From assembly GCA_964252035.1 (NCBI GenBank), contig OZ176204.1: DNA of 64,000 nucleotides; one strand, written 5' to 3'. This document shows positions 1 through 12,252 of the stretch, in pieces (position 1 is the stretch's first letter; the number at the start of each line of letters is the position of its first letter). Under the pieces are notes generated by a model. The model was not told where the DNA came from and made no database searches. It was given only the letters and a program-made list of their open reading frames with translations. The position numbers and the translations under genes were made by a program. This stretch comes from Podarcis erhardii. Its lineage: Eukaryota.

Positions 1-19
1 CATGGGACTCTCAAGAGTC

Positions 20-877
20 TCATCCAGACCATAATTCAAAAGAATCAATTCTTCGGCGATCTGCCTTCTTTATGGTCCAGCTCTCACTTCCATACATCAC
101 TACTGGGAAGACCATAGCTTTTACTATACGGACCTTTGTTGGCAAGGTGATGTCTCTACTTTTTAAAATGCTGTCTAGGTTTGTCATTGCTTTCCTCCCA
201 AGAAGCAGGCGTCTCTTAATTTCGTGGCTGCTGTCACCATCTGCAGTGATCATGGAGCCCAAGAAAGTAAAATCTCTCACTGCCTCCATATCTTCCCCTT
301 CTATTTGCCAGGACGTGATGGGACCAGTGGCCATGATCTTCGTTTTTTTGATGTTGAGCTTCAGACCATATTTTGCGCTCTCCTCTTTCACCCTCAGTAA
401 AAGGTTCTTTAATTCCTCCTCACTTTCTGCCATCAATGTTGTGTCATCTGCATATCTGAGGTTGTTGATATTTCTTCCGGCAATCTTAATTCCGGCTTCG
501 GATTCATCCAGCCCAGCCTTTCGCATGATGAATTCTGCATATAAGTTAAATAAGCAGGGAGACAATATACAGCCTTGTCGTACTCCTTTCCCAATTTTGA
601 ACCAATCAGTTGTTCCATATCCAGTTCTAACTGTAGCTTCTTGTCCCACATAGAGATTTCTCAGGAGACAGATGAGGTGATCAGGCACTACCATTTCTTT
701 AAGAACTTGCCATAGTTTGCTGTGGTCGACACAGTCAAAGGCTTTTGCATAGGCAATGAAGCAGAAGTAGATGTCTTTCTGGAACTCTCTAGCTTTCTCC
801 ATAATCCAGCGCATGTTTGCAATTTGGTCTCTGGTTCCTCTGCCTCTTCTAAATCCAGCTTGCACTTCTGGGAGTTC
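20..877 (-). pseudogene. BovB ORF, reverse transcriptase part, in frame after the premature stop
   Basis: Same frame as 878..2785. YADD is intact. Motif A reads FIAYAKAFD (GCC at 752-754, Asp expected). A 1-bp deletion near 30 shifts FELWCW..LLRVPW out of frame. Confidence 0.93.
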
Positions 878-2785
878 TCAGTCCACATACTGCTTGAGCC
901 TTCCTTGTAGAATTTTAAGCATAACCTTGCTAGCGTGTGAAATGAGTGAAATTGTGCGGTAGTTGGAGCATTCTTTGGCACTGCCCTTCTTTGGGATTGG
1001 GATGTAGACTGATCTTCTCCAATCCTCTGGCCACTGCTGAGTTTTCCAAACTTGCTGGCATATTGAGTGTAGCACCTTAACAGCATCATCTTTTAAAATT
1101 TTAAATAGTTCAGCTGGAATACCATCACTTCCACTGGCCTTGTTATTTGCAGTGCTTTCTAAGGCCCATTTGACTTCACTCTCCAGGATGTCTGGCTCAA
1201 GGTCAGCAACCCCACTACCTGGGGTGTACGAGACATCCATATCTTTCTGGTATAATTCCTCTGTGTATTCTTGCCACCTCTTCTTGATGTCTTCTGCTTC
1301 TGTTAGGTCCTTTCCACTTTTGTCTTTTATTATGGTAATCTTTGTACGAAATGGTCCTTTCATATCTCCAATTTTCTTGAACAGATCTCTGGTTCTTCCC
1401 ATTCTGTTGTTTTCCTCTATTTCTTTGCATTGCTCATTTAAGAAGGCCTTCTTATCTCTCCTTGCTATTTTTTGGAAATCTGCATTCAATTTCCTGTATC
1501 TTTCTCTATCTCCCTTGCATTTTGCTTGCCTTCTCTCCCCCGCTATTTGTAAGGCCTCGTTGGACAGCCACTTTGCTTTCTTGCATTTCCTTTTCATTGG
1601 GATGGTTTTCGTTACTGCCTCCTGTATAATGTTGCGAGCCTCCATCCATAGTTCTTCGGGCACTCTGTCCAGCAGATCTAAATCCTTAAACCTGTTCCTC
1701 ACTTCCACTGTGTATTCATAAGGGATTTGATTTAGATTGTATCTTACCGGCCCAGTGGTTTTTCCTACTTTCTTCAGTTTAAGCTTGAATTTTGCTATAA
1801 GAAGCTGATGATCTGAGCCACAGTCAGCTCCAGGTCTTGTTTTTGCTGACTGTATCGAGCTTCTCCATCTTTGGCTGCAGAGAATATAATCAATCTGATT
1901 TCGATGCTGCCCATCTGGTGATGTCCACGTGTAGAGTCGTCTCTTGTGTTGTTGGAAAAGTGTGTTTGTGATGACCAGCTTGTTCTCTTGACAGAACTCT
2001 ATTAGCCTTTGCCCTGCTTCATTTTGCTCTCCAAGGCCAAACTTGCCTGTTGTTCCTTTTATCTCTTGGTTCCCTACTTTAGCATTCCAATCTCCTATAA
2101 TGAGAAGAACATCCTTCTTTGGTGTCACTTCTATAAGGTGTTGTAAGTCTTCATAGAATTGGTCAATTTCAGTTTCTTCCGCACCAGTAGTTGGTGCATA
2201 AACTTGGATTACTGTTATGTTAAAAGGTCTGCCTTGGATTCGTATCGAGATCATTCTATCATTTTTGAGATTGCAACCCAGTACTGCTTTCGCAACTCTT
2301 TTGTTGACTATGAGGGCCACTCCATTTCTTTTGCGGGTTTCTTGCCCACAGCAGTAGATATGATAGTCATCCGAACTGAATTCGCCCATTCCCGTCCATT
2401 TTAGCTCACTGATGCCCAGGATGTCAATATTTATTCTTGCCATCTCATTTTTGACCACATCCAACTTACCCAGGTTCATGGTTCTTACATTCCAGGTTCC
2501 TATGCAATATTTTTCTTTACAGCATTGGACTTTCCTTTCGCTTCCAGGCATATCCGCAACTGAACGTCCTTTCGGCTTTAGCCCAGCCGCTTCATCAGCT
2601 CTGGATCTACTTGTACTTGTCCTCCGCTCTTCCCCAGTAGCATGTTGGACGCCTTCCGACCTGAGGGGCTCATCTTCCAGCGTCATAACTTTTATATGCC
2701 TGTTGTCTTTGTCCATGGAGTTTTCTTGGCAGGGATACTGGAGTGGCTTGCCGGTTCCTCCTCCAGGTGGATCACGTTTGGTCAA
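878..2785 (-). pseudogene. BovB ORF, N-terminal part: intact APE endonuclease plus start of RT (635 aa), ended by a premature TGA
   Basis: ORF track 878..2785. The stop at 878-880 falls in QYVD*ELPEVQAGF, where BovB has Arg, so it is probably CGA>TGA. Confidence 0.93.
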
Positions 2786-3428
2786 AACTCTCCACTATGA
2801 CCTGTTCATCTTGGGTGCCCTGCTCGGCATAGTTCATAGCTTCTCTGAGTTCTTCAAGCCCCTTCGCCACGGCAAGGCAGTGATCCATGAAGGGGGAAGA
2901 AGCCATTACTCAATAGCAAATGCAGTGTCCCCACACAATCCATAAATCAAAAATTGTGTAGTAAATACAACACAGAAGTTGATTGTCCACAGTAATGAAG
3001 CTGTCTGATGAAGCAGCATTCATATTACCAAAGAGCTTTTCTGCAAAAAACAGAGGTGGGGGTGGGGGTGGGGGTGGGAGAGAGATTAGGTTACCAAAAC
3101 CTATTACTGGTCATTCTGGCCTGACTCAACGACACATTGAGTTAGCTTGTATTAAGATTTCTTCCTAGCTTTTATCTTTCAGGATCTTAAACAGTCATTT
3201 TTCTCTAAGCATAACAGTTTTGTCTATTGACTGGTCATCTGAAACTTCTCCATGTAGCTTCTATGAGATCATGCCTTGGATGCCTTGATGGATGATTCCT
3301 TGGAATGTTTTCTTGAATTTTATAAATGCTTGGTAGCAGTGAGGAGTACCTTCTCTCTACTGCACTGATTCAATAGCTACTAGCTAGCTGTCTGCTACAA
3401 CAAACGGATTCTTTTTTCCTATACAGTA

Positions 3429-3638
3429 CAGTCATACTCATGTTATGGACGCTTCAGGTTACATGTTTTCAGGTTGCAGACCGTGGAAAACCCGGAAGTA
3501 CCGGAACGGGTTACTTCCGGGTTTCGCCGCTCGCGCCTACGCAGAAGCGCCAAGTTGCGCCTGCGCAGAGAATGCAAACGTTGTGGGTTGCAGATGTGCC
3601 TCCGTCATGGATTACATCCGCAACCCGAGGTTCCACTG
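3429..3638. mobile_element. Tc1/mariner Tigger-like MITE, CpG-rich
   Basis: The right end ...aacccgaggttccactg|ta matches the TIR type of the 14753 element. The left TIR is degenerate (cagtcatactcatgtta). TA flanks both ends. Confidence 0.7.
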
Positions 3639-4709
3639 TATACATAAAAATTTGATGATGTTGCCCCACTGCAGTTCACATGGCTTCAGCGTGTAAATTT
3701 ACACTAAGATTGCTTTCTTAGGCAGAGAAATAGTAGGGAGTATAGCATCAATAAAAGTTGTATATACTACTACTACTACTTATTATTATATAGCTGGCCA
3801 TAAATATTATCTGAACAGTTTACAACAAAAAAATGCTAAAAATACAATCTATAATTTTAATAAACAAATAAACAAAAGAAGTAAAGGCAGTCAAACCTGC
3901 CCCACCCCACCCAAATCTCTAAACCTTCTTTACATAAAACAATTTACCACCAAGATTTAGAGAACAATTAATAACAGGTCCATTAATAAGGTGAATCATC
4001 AAAGGCTGTTTAAAGCACTACACTAAGCATGGAACTATGTCTGAAAAGCAAATTCCCTAACCCTAAATCTGCAACTGATTAAAAGATAAGCGATAGGAAG
4101 CAGTCATAATGGTCAATTTTTAAATGAAGAGAAATGAGAAGTGGGATGGGGTGGTAGTGGCACTTTTCAGTATCCCTTAATGGCCTTTTATGTGGTGGAA
4201 ATAATGGAAGGACAGCAACCTGATGCATAATATCCCAGTCTTCAGTTAGTTCCTGCTGCTGGAGGTCATGTGGTTAATGATAAATGTTCCCATGCTAGGA
4301 CACTGCAGTACCAGGGCTTGTGCTGTTGCTGTGAAATGAAAACTCCAATGCTGGTATTGCTGAAATAGCAACTTCCCTTCTGTTGAACCAATATAATGAG
4401 GGCCCATTCTCACTATTCCCTCAATGTGTGTTGGCTGTGGAAATAAGTAAGCCTATGTTATGTGTCAAGCAAGGAAACCCAGGGTGAGTGAGCAGTGCCA
4501 GTGTCGTACACTGAATGCAGGCTTGATCAACTTTAGACATTTCACCTCAAAATGTAGACACTAGATAGGCACTTGCTGCAACTTAGGCTGAATGTAGCAT
4601 GTAAATTTTGCAGGTCAACCACCTTGCCACAGGCTGATGCAATTAGAACTCCACACTGCTTGTTCCTGAGGTGGAAATGATACCTCAGAATATCTGCAAA
4701 TATATTAAC

Positions 4710-4822
4710 GGGCATCAAGTGTTACAAACATTTTGACTTATCCTTTTCACTGGTACCCAGTCCTTCTCTGGACCTAATTCGAAGTGCTAGTTTTGACCTT
4801 TAAAGCCCTTTGCAGTTTGTGA
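4710..4822 (+). mobile_element. Decayed L2 LINE ORF2 fragment
   Basis: Translates to ...FHWYPV..W..FEVLVLTFKAL, matching the L2 motif LHWLPVRFRAQFKVLVLTFK seen intact at 49.5 kb. Confidence 0.65.
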
Positions 4823-5957
4823 CTTCAGCTGTGTTATGGTGGGAGGGTTGCAGAGGAATATAGCTCCAAGACCTTTTTTCAGAGCAGTAGCAATGGCAAG
4901 TGATTTGCCTGAGAACCATGGTAACTGACAGACCCTCTTTGCTCCAGCAAGTGAATGAGTGAATTCAAATTTGGATGTGACCGATTAACATAGAAGAAAT
5001 CAGAGGCTTGATGCTTCTTTCCTTTTCTTTTCTTGGGCTCCTACTTCAGGTTTGCATTTTAACTGCAACACCTATTTGCATGTTTTGCATTTCTGACTGA
5101 AAGCTTAAGGTTGCATTTCAGCTGGTTGAAGATCTTTTGTTGAAGCTCAGTGGCTTTCTCAAGCTGAACCTATGCACTCAGTAGAAAGGATATTGATTTC
5201 AATGATGTTTACTTCAAGCTGGGAAACATTTTTTAGGACTGCAGTCATGCAGATTCTAATAAATTGGATCTTGTATTATGTAATGCTACTCTTTGATGTG
5301 TATGTGTTTGAGTATAATAATGGATCAACATATTTGCCTTTAGTTTTGGACTCTTGAGGGTATAGCTATGGAGGCTGTCCTGATGAGTTCCTATACTTCA
5401 AAGTTTACCACAATACCATTGTACTTCACTATCAGAAGAATTCCCTGTTCTCACATTGCCTACTGTTCCTTGATATCTTTGTCTGACACTTCTTTCCAGT
5501 ACCCAAATGAAATATGGTAAATGATAGAGAAAGGTCCTTTTCAACAGTGGTCCCTGAGTTGGGGAATGCTGCCCCCAGAAGGGCCACTTGTTGCTTACTT
5601 TAAAACATATATATCAGGCCAATATATGGTCTCAGGCCTTTTTAATCTTTATTATGCTGCGCCTTGCATTGTTTTAGCTTTGTGAAAATTTTCAGCTTTG
5701 CACCAGTTTTAAATATTTAGCGCTGCCATGTTTTATTCTCCTGTTCTCTGCTAAGTGGGTTGTCCTGATTTTAAACATGTAGTTCTGCTATTTTAATTAA
5801 TTATAAGGTGAATGTAGTGCAACAGAATATTCTATCCCCTCCTCTCTCTGTGCACCCGCTAAATCTGATTCTTCATAGGAACATTTTTACTGCACTGCTG
5901 ATGTTGATGGGAGGGCCCAGGGTTGGGGCTATGAACAGTCCTCCTCACATGGCTTAC

Positions 5958-6023
5958 TTTTAACTCCTCAGTGTTGCAGCTGTCCATGAAACTCTGCATG
6001 CAGTAGTCCAAGTCCGCTGGTGG
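5958..6023 (-). CDS. Candidate 66-nt phase-0 exon (PPADLDYCMQSFMDSCNTEELK)
   Basis: Acceptor ccttttcataaccttaaag|, donor AAA|GTAAGC. Only one frame is open. Protein not recognised. Confidence 0.35.
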
Positions 6024-6281
6024 CTTTAAGGTTATGAAAAGGAGTGGGTTTTTTGTTTCTTTCTTTCTCCAAGGAATTGATGCAAAGCTAATATTAGAGT
6101 GATCAGAAAAGATTGCAGCCAGATGAACTAAAACCATATGCTAAATGAACTGAATCAGATGAGCAGGGTGACTTTAACTGATCAGTAGATCAGGGTCATT
6201 CAAAGCTTGTAAGTCGAAAGCAGGCTGCAAAGTGCTATATAAAGATAATTGAAACAAAGGGAGCAACTTAACAAAACAGCG

Positions 6282-6340
6282 AATGAAATTCAATGTGGAT
6301 AAGTGCAAAGTGAGACACATTGGAGAAGTAATCCCATGTA
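6282..6340 (+). mobile_element. CR1 ORF2 fragment
   Basis: MKFNVDKCKVRHIG matches the CR1 RT C-terminal motif MxFNxxKCKVxHxG. Confidence 0.6.
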
Positions 6341-6629
6341 ACGATAATGTTGGCTCCAAAAAGACAGTTGCCAAAGCCAACCTGGTGCCGTTGTTGTCTT
6401 TTCTATATTTAACAGCCCTGGAATGCCAACTTTTGAGGCTGTGCTTTTTCAGACACAGCAAATTAGGCCTTAATTCCAATAGAGAAATGCATGCCATTAT
6501 CTGAACATTAGAGATCATTGTCAATGTGTGCTAACCACCAAAAATTAAGAGATAGGGAGCCATCCATTATCCCCATGTTGTGTCTCCCTTATCTGTTCTA
6601 AATGCCCCCTTTCCTTTGTCACTCTAAAG

Positions 6630-6768
6630 TGACATATGTCATCAAGGAAAATATGATTTATTGGAGGATGCACATCATTTTTCAGAATGTATGATGACTG
6701 CTCCCGTAAAAAATAGTGAGCAAGATGATAGTTCCTTCCATGAGTTGTATAGAACACTATCTGTGAAG
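6630..6768 (+). CDS. Candidate 139-nt coding exon (DICHQGKYDLLEDAHHFSECMMTAPVKNSEQDDSSFHELYRTLSVK)
   Basis: Acceptor cctttcctttgtcactctaaag|, donor AAG|GTTAGG, 46 open codons. Protein not recognised. Confidence 0.35.
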
Positions 6769-7162
6769 GTTAGGTCAGGTTTTATGTCAGCAAAGTACAT
6801 TGCCAGCCCATGATAATAAACAGTTTTTAAACACCAAGACAATCTAATACCCTAATTATAGGTCTTGTCCAGTAAAACAGTTCCTGTCAATTCCGTTATC
6901 AGTTTTACACCACAAATGGTCCTTGCTAATGAAGTTCCCTGCTCGTGAATATGAACGGTTAGTGTTTTTCCTCAATATGCTATCTCATAGCTGCCATCTG
7001 GAGACACATTTTTCTTGTGATAGTGGTTTGATACAGAATGTCTAATATTTGAGAGCAGTTTGCCGCAGAGATCATACCAGCTCTGAGGAGAGTCTCCACA
7101 CTAGCACTAGCACTAGCACTAGCACTGAAGTACTAGGAATCTGTGGCAATATTTCCATAAAG

Positions 7163-7303
7163 CAGATGTGAGGAACTTTTGCCCTCGTCCCCGATATTGT
7201 TGGACTACGTCTCCCATCAATACTGACCCATTGGCAATTGGCAATTCTGGCTGGACCTGCTAGGATCTGGAGTCAAACAACATTTGGAGGGCAACATCCC
7301 TGC
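7163..7303. mobile_element. Palindromic hAT-type MITE (decayed copy)
   Basis: Shares the gatattgttggactac..ctcccatca / aacaacatttggaggg arms with the copies at 26117 and 36452. Confidence 0.65.
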
Positions 7304-8390
7304 CTAGAGCTTTCAGTTACAGTATTATGCCTCCTATATGGAGCCACTGCCATTCAGGAATACTTCTAGAGACTTTCACATGGTGGATATTACATAGGAT
7401 CTAAATTTGAGGGTTCCTGTTCCGAAACAACTGAAACTTTTTTGGGGGGTGGCTAAAAGGAGTTCTCTATGATTAGCAAAACATTCTCATATTTATTTAT
7501 TTAACATTTTTAATTACACCTTTCAGAAAACATTTCTCATCATATGGCAAATATATGAGTTAAGCCTGCAACAGTGTTTAAACACCACATAATTTAAAAC
7601 TTGGAAAAACTGCCAAAGACATTATAAAATAGTCCTCACCCTTAAAACAATACAGCCCTGTACACAGTATAATAAAAATAAAATAACTTTACAGGAGTAG
7701 CCCTTTTAAAACCTTTTTTTTTTTAAGCTGCAGAGAATAAATATTGCAGGGATGGGACGAGCCTAATCTCCCTTGGAATATCAAAATCTGGAGAGAGGAT
7801 GCTGCAATAAGAGGGGAAGAGCTTCTCCTCCTGCCCATTTGTATGAGTTCTGCACTATGTCAAGCTGTAACAAGAGGGTGCTGAAGGTAAGGGAAATAGA
7901 TTCTTTATGGAAGTAACTATGGCAGGTGGCAGGGGTTGACTGAATGTCCTACAGCTGTAAAGACTGACTGATAAAGAACAAGCTCTGTTAAAAAGGAAAT
8001 GAGGGGAAAGACATGACACCATACAGTTCCTGCCACCCAGGGACTCATTCATGTATGCTTCCTGAAAGGGAACATGATAGCTTGAGTGGAAAGGTCCCAT
8101 TTATTCAAAGGCCAAAGGGGAAAGATTGTTTTAAAAAATCAAAAAACTTTTAATGGATTTGTGACAAAGGACACCAATGAAACAAAGTAACACCTGTTCT
8201 CTTGACCCAATCATTGGGGGAAGTGCTCCTCTAATCAGGAATGTTTTCCAGACAGAAATCATAATGCCAATTGAAAAAATGGAAGCATCCAAACAGTGTT
8301 GATGCTACCAATGGGGGGGGGGGGTAAGTTGGGCTGGTAGGGATGTGGGGGAAATTTGATTAAGTTCAAATTTAAATGCAAACCTACCTA

Positions 8391-8490
8391 AGGCTTCCCA
8401 CAGGCATCTGGTTGACCACTGTGAGAACAGGATGATGGAAAAGATGAGCCTCATCCAACAGGCTCTTCTTATGTCCCTGTGTTCACATCT
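8391..8490 (+). mobile_element. CR1-type/SINE 3' end
   Basis: Reverse complement of the cataagaacataagaa..gcctgctg..tcagg..gttctca..tggcca.ccagatgcc end seen at 63044. Confidence 0.65.
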
Positions 8491-10709
8491 TATGTTCTAA
8501 TTCACACTTTCTGAAACAATGTGTTAATGGAAACCCAGCTATAGTTCGCACTCTTCTGAAGTGTGCAATGCAGTCCTCCAGCCAAGTAATATGTATAACA
8601 ATGCCTATACTGGGCCAAATTGTGCATAAAAATGCATATACTCATGAAAATAACATAAAAATGCAATATATTATAGGAAATCGCTTTGCAAACATTTGTA
8701 TATTAAGAGAACTGATGTGAAAATGTTATAAATTGGCTGGAGAAATGAGAAAAAGAGAGGAGCAAAAATGGACAGATTTAACCATCCATGGGGACTGGTA
8801 AAAGGAAGTAAATAGTAGGAGCTGGTGATCAGGGATGGAAGAGAGGAAAGACAGTAATGCCAAATAATGAGGAGTTTGGAATTGCAATGGTGCTGTCATC
8901 TACATAAGAACTTTTTCTGTTAGAAGATTGGATATGCATAACACAGGAGTATTCACACTGAGAGACTCTACAAACACAAGGCATTTAGGAAACATGACCA
9001 CACAGGATAGCTACTCCATGGAAGCCATGACAAGGAGGTATTCAGGTGATCATTACATTCCCCTGTGAAGATATTTCCAGCTGAAAGTGGCCATCTGTGA
9101 CCACCAGCAGTGTCTGTTCAAATGCTGAATCCCACAAGGATATAATGCGCAAATCACAGGAGCCCTGTGTCCCTTGCCATAGACAGAGGGAAACAGTAGG
9201 GTGACAGGCCCAAGTGGAAACACAAGCACTCTGGTTTATCCAGACATTCTCTGTCCCCCTCCTGCCTTTTTTCCACCTCCCCTTGTGCCCTCTCAAACCC
9301 AGGATAGAAAAATCATCCCACTTTTTGGGAAGGAAAGTGCCAACCTGTCACTGAAAAAGCTGTAAGCGGAAGAAACATTTAATACCATGAAAATATCTCT
9401 GGGTGCTCTCACAAAAAGAAAAAGCAATGGGAAGGTGAGGCTGTATATGTGTATGCGAGAGAGAAGACAGTACTCACTGTACTGATAAACTTTAAAATGT
9501 GATTTACTCTGTGAAGGCAGCAGCCTCAGACATCAAAGCTTCAGATTCAATGCAGTGTCAAAAAACCATGAAGCTTTAAGACTCAACCAAGCATCGACAC
9601 CAAGCTGAAGAAGAAGCTTTTACTCTCGACACCGCTGACTGAACGGATTAGGCTTTAAAACACACACATACACACACACACACAGAGAGAGAAAACCCTT
9701 CATAACCTTCTCTCTCTAAAAGCTGCTAGTGGGGAAAATAAATGACTGAATTTTGAGTGTTTGCCCAAGTGCCTCCTTATTTATCCACTGACTTCCTCCT
9801 AGTTCTCTGCAGATTTGTTAGGAGGCCAGTGCGAATGCACTAATGAATTAATTATAACCAAGATATCCAGTGCCCCTTGCAAGGAGCAAAGCAAATGGTT
9901 TGGAAAGGATGCCCTTCGTTCTGTCCTGAACTTTTAAATGGAGCAGTTATGCTGGAAGGGTGAGGCTTCAGGTTGCAGCCCCATTTATTTATGAGCTGAG
10001 TTCCTTTGCAAACAATAGCAGGCAATATTTAGCTTGGGGTTTGAAAGTGTATCTAATATTCAAAACCCACCTTGGAATTCCCTACCCTCTTTCCCCAGCA
10101 AGATTTCCCAGTGACTTCGTACAGCATATGACCTTCACATTTCAGCACTAAAGCCATTAGTCAAATGGCAGGTGCTTTCTGAGCGGTCAACCAAAAAGAC
10201 TGGCATTGACTTTAATGAGCACTTTTTTAAAAACCACCTATTACTTTCAACCAAGATTGTGGTTCTACACAGGGAGTAAAAATGCTAATGCACAAATTAG
10301 TAAAATAAGATTAAAACTACCAATTTCTGACCACCTTTACTTTAGAAATCTACAATTTCTTCCGTGGGCAATTTCTGCTGCAATATACAGCAGCGTAAAT
10401 CAGAAATAATAACATTGATTCTTCTTTTTCTTCTTCATCATCATGCATTGATCTCTCTTCTCAAGCCTGATGCAGAAAGGACAATTTAGCAGAGAAGAAA
10501 AACAATGGCATGAAACATCCCTAGTAAAAAAAAACCCTGGTTACCTCTAAAAGGCATCCCTCCTGGCTCTTATTAATGCTGAGATCATTTATGAAGCACT
10601 GCATTTTTATTTCTGGAGTCAGGGCAGCCAACCAAGTTTAGTGACATGGAACAAGTTGTCAATAGCTTTACAGACCTGCAGAGGATTTTAATTGGATAGG
10701 AGCATTTGG

Positions 10710-10744
<35 letters not shown>

Positions 10745-11369
10745 CTTAGATAGAGGGAGAGGGCATTAGCTCTTCTTAGGAGCAAAGGATGTGTCCATGC
10801 ACTTCAATGCAAAAAGAAACTAATTCATTTTGTATCTTTCATGGCAAAAATTCACCAAATCACAAATACTTTGCCTCTAGCACAACAATGGAAGAAGAGA
10901 TCTAAAAGTGTTCTATGGCAGGCAGTTTCATACTCTGGTATTGCCTTTTTGAAAGATAGATCATTTCAGACATTATCATTAGCTTGGAAACATTTTTTGA
11001 AATAAATTTGTCTTTGTTGCTATCCTTTCTTCCTTTATCCCCTTAACGTGCCAAACCTATTTTAACCATCCTAGCTGTTCAAACACAGTCCAGATTGGAA
11101 TGTTAATTCCATAGTAGATCCAAGCCACAGTGATATGAACTTCGCATATCCAGACGCCTCTGTTCCAGTGGTTTTCAATCATTGGCCTGTGTGGATAAGT
11201 GCCAAACCACAGACTTTCCCCTGCCAGTCCACAGCAAGGAAGTCTACTGCTATGGGTTGAGACCCCTTCATTTGCTTCTCTATTTGTCAGCAAACCACCA
11301 TCTATCCCCATTCGCAAATGCTTAGTTGCTTACTTGATATCCCGCAGGAAGCTGTCTTTGCACAATCCG

Positions 11370-11515
11370 GCCGTTTATCTATCTAGCCCACTACTGTCCA
11401 CACTGGCTAGCAGCAGCTCTCCAGGTGTAAGACAAGAGATACTCTCAGTCCTTTCTGGAGATGCTGGGAGTTGAACCTGGGACCTTCTACATGCAAGACA
11501 GATGCTCTTCCACAG
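11370..11515 (-). mobile_element. tRNA-derived SINE fragment
   Basis: On the minus strand, gcatctgtcttgcatgtagaaggtcccaggttcaactccc is a tRNA-like head with a B-box-like ggttcaactcc. Confidence 0.65.
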
Positions 11516-12125
11516 TGTTTCTTATATAAGGCAGAAAGTTGAGCTCAGCTTTTTACAGCTATGTGCATGAAATCATTCACCATAGACTCCTGCCGACGAT
11601 TTGTTGGCAGGCTAAGAGCAAGATAAGCAAACTCTCCACAGAAGCCCTCTCAGCTCATTAGACTAGATTACACTACAGCACCACCCGCAGTGTGAATAAA
11701 GCCTCAGTATACAGCATGCATAAGTATATAGTAGCAATATCCTTGGTCAATTTCATATGTGAAGAATAATGGGTAAGGGAAACAAACACTAATTTTTAAC
11801 AAAACAAACAAGAAGATTCAAAATGGAAACATTAACCCCATTAAAAGGTTTAACATGAATGCCCAGGGGGATCACTGACACTCACATCATTCACCATGTA
11901 TTCAGAAAGGAGCCTTTTAAATTGTTCTGATACACGTGTTTATGTGTTGCTCATTACCAGTAATGTCACAGGAACAATCTACTAGGTGCCTGTGACATGT
12001 AATGGAGACACATATATTGCTTACAGCAGTGCTGGTGGTACTGCAAGGAGCTGCTTTTGGCTCTTTCCCTGGAGTGCATGAAGTACGATGAAAATATCCA
12101 AGCAGGTTACATCAGGGGGAAAGTT

Positions 12126-12252
12126 TTTATGCTAGGAGTAGTTTAAGTTGAGTGCATAACAAGCAGCCATTGTGCACATTCACCATGCCTCATGGAGTAT
12201 GTACATAATGGCTGGTTGTTATGCACCCAGTTCAAACTACTCCTAGCATAAA
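12126..12252. repeat. Long imperfect inverted repeat (54-bp arms, about 19-nt loop)
   Basis: tttatgctaggagtagttt...cagccattgtgcacat pairs with atgtacataatggctg...aaactactcctagcataaa, with about 7 mismatches, almost all transitions. Confidence 0.85.

Larger units (their letters stand above)
1..2896 (-). mobile_element. BovB (RTE clade) LINE, near full length at the 5' end, 3' end runs out of the window
   Basis: Minus-strand ORFs give APE endonuclease motifs (GTWNV, ISELKW, YAPT, GDWNAKVG, NQIDYI, GSDH) then RT motifs (QAGFR, GVRQGCILSP, LRYADD), in the typical BovB sequence context. BovB-like 5' sequence continues to about 2896. Confidence 0.97.

Noticed and set aside
72-2945. Plus-strand ORFs of 193, 193 and 177 aa
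   Set aside because: Antisense shadows of the BovB ORF.
3057-3078. (GGGGGT)n potential G-quadruplex upstream of BovB
   Set aside because: Simple G-runs are frequent in this window; nothing links this one to a function.
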